Source: an uncultured Acidimicrobiaceae bacterium (GTDB taxonomy: Bacteria > Actinomycetota > Acidimicrobiia > Acidimicrobiales > Bog-793). Taken from it: a DNA stretch of 64,000 nt. The stretch is taken from NCBI GenBank assembly GCA_963836935.1, contig CAWILM010000033.1:13374-77373 (forward strand), written 5' to 3'. How positions within the stretch are numbered: position 1 is the stretch's first letter; the number at the start of each line of letters is the position of its first letter. Of this stretch, positions 63,390 through 64,000 are shown piece after piece. The notes under the pieces were generated by a model that saw nothing but the letters and a program-made list of their open reading frames with translations, had not been told where the DNA came from and did not search any database. The position numbers and the translations under genes were made by a program.

Positions 63390-64000
63390 TCAGACGCCCG
63401 CTTCGCGCAGCGAGAGACCCCGCTCGTCGAGGCGCTCGAGCACCTCGTCGAGCGACTTCTGACCGAAGTTGGTGATGGCGAGGAGGTCCTCGGCCGAGCG
63501 CTCGATGAGCTCGCCGACCGTGTTGATCTGCGCCCGCTTGAGGCAGTTGCGCGGCCGCTCCGGCAGGTCGAGGTCCTCGATGGGAAGGTCCAGGTCGGGA
63601 GATCCCGTGACGGCGATGCCGACCTCGCCGAGTTCCAGGCCCCGGCCCTCGCCGGCGAGCTGGGCGACGATCGAGAGGAGGCCCCGCAGTGTCTGGCCGG
63701 CCGAGGCGAGCGCCTCGCGGGGCGAGATCGAGCCGTCGGTCTCGATGTCCAACAAGACCCGGTCGAAGTCGGTCGAGACCTCGACACGCGTGGGCTCGAC
63801 CACGAACGCCACCCGGCGGACCGGGGAGAAGATGGCATCGACGGGGATGACCCCGATGGTGGATGCCGCCTGCTTGCGCTCCGCGGGCGCGTACCCCTTG
63901 CCCTGCTCGACGGTGACGTCGATCGCGAGGCGCCCCTTGGCGTTCACCGTCGCGATGTGGACCCCGGGGTTGAGCACCTGGACATCGGATGTCGTGCGCA
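63390..64000 (-). CDS. rpoA: RNA polymerase alpha subunit (C-terminal part; 5' end outside the window)
   Basis: [39 protein letters not shown]. Confidence 0.97.
   Translation of the reverse strand, partial: RTTSDVQVLNPGVHIATVNAKGRLAIDVTVEQGKGYAPAERKQAASTIGVIPVDAIFSPVRRVAFVVEPTRVEVSTDFDRVLLDIETDGSISPREALASAGQTLRGLLSIVAQLAGEGRGLELGEVGIAVTGSPDLDLPIEDLDLPERPRNCLKRAQINTVGELIERSAEDLLAITNFGQKSLDEVLERLDERGLSLREAGV

Overview
High-GC (about 70% by eye) actinobacterial chromosome segment. Gene content and protein style (guaB3, two whiB genes, UPF0182, mreB, Rv0249c-type Sdh, F420 LLM enzyme) suggest class Acidimicrobiia; this is an inference. The window is mostly core genome: rpoA-rplQ-truA-rplM-rpsI-glmM-glmS-acpS-nnr-alr, udg-tsaEB-rimI-tsaD, groESL with a CIRCE box, guaB3-guaA-pcrA, sucCD, purH-folD-icd-mdh and an sdh operon. 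I found no rRNA, tRNA, CRISPR array, IS or prophage. About 19 frameshifts, several in essential genes (rpsI, glmS, glmM, tsaB), point to long-read indel errors, so split genes are merged here. Four observations stand out. (1) A DivIVA-domain coiled-coil protein is fused to a C-terminal domain resembling a phage MuF/minor head protein (CxxC...HPPVHPGCRC) with no phage genes nearby, between a PDZ-Lon protease and UPF0182. (2) A catalytically dead HtrA with a PDZ domain lies close to an active HtrA with no PDZ domain. (3) An SHMT paralogue with many rewired active-site residues sits beside threonine dehydratase and sucCD. (4) Leaderless-type promoters are pervasive.
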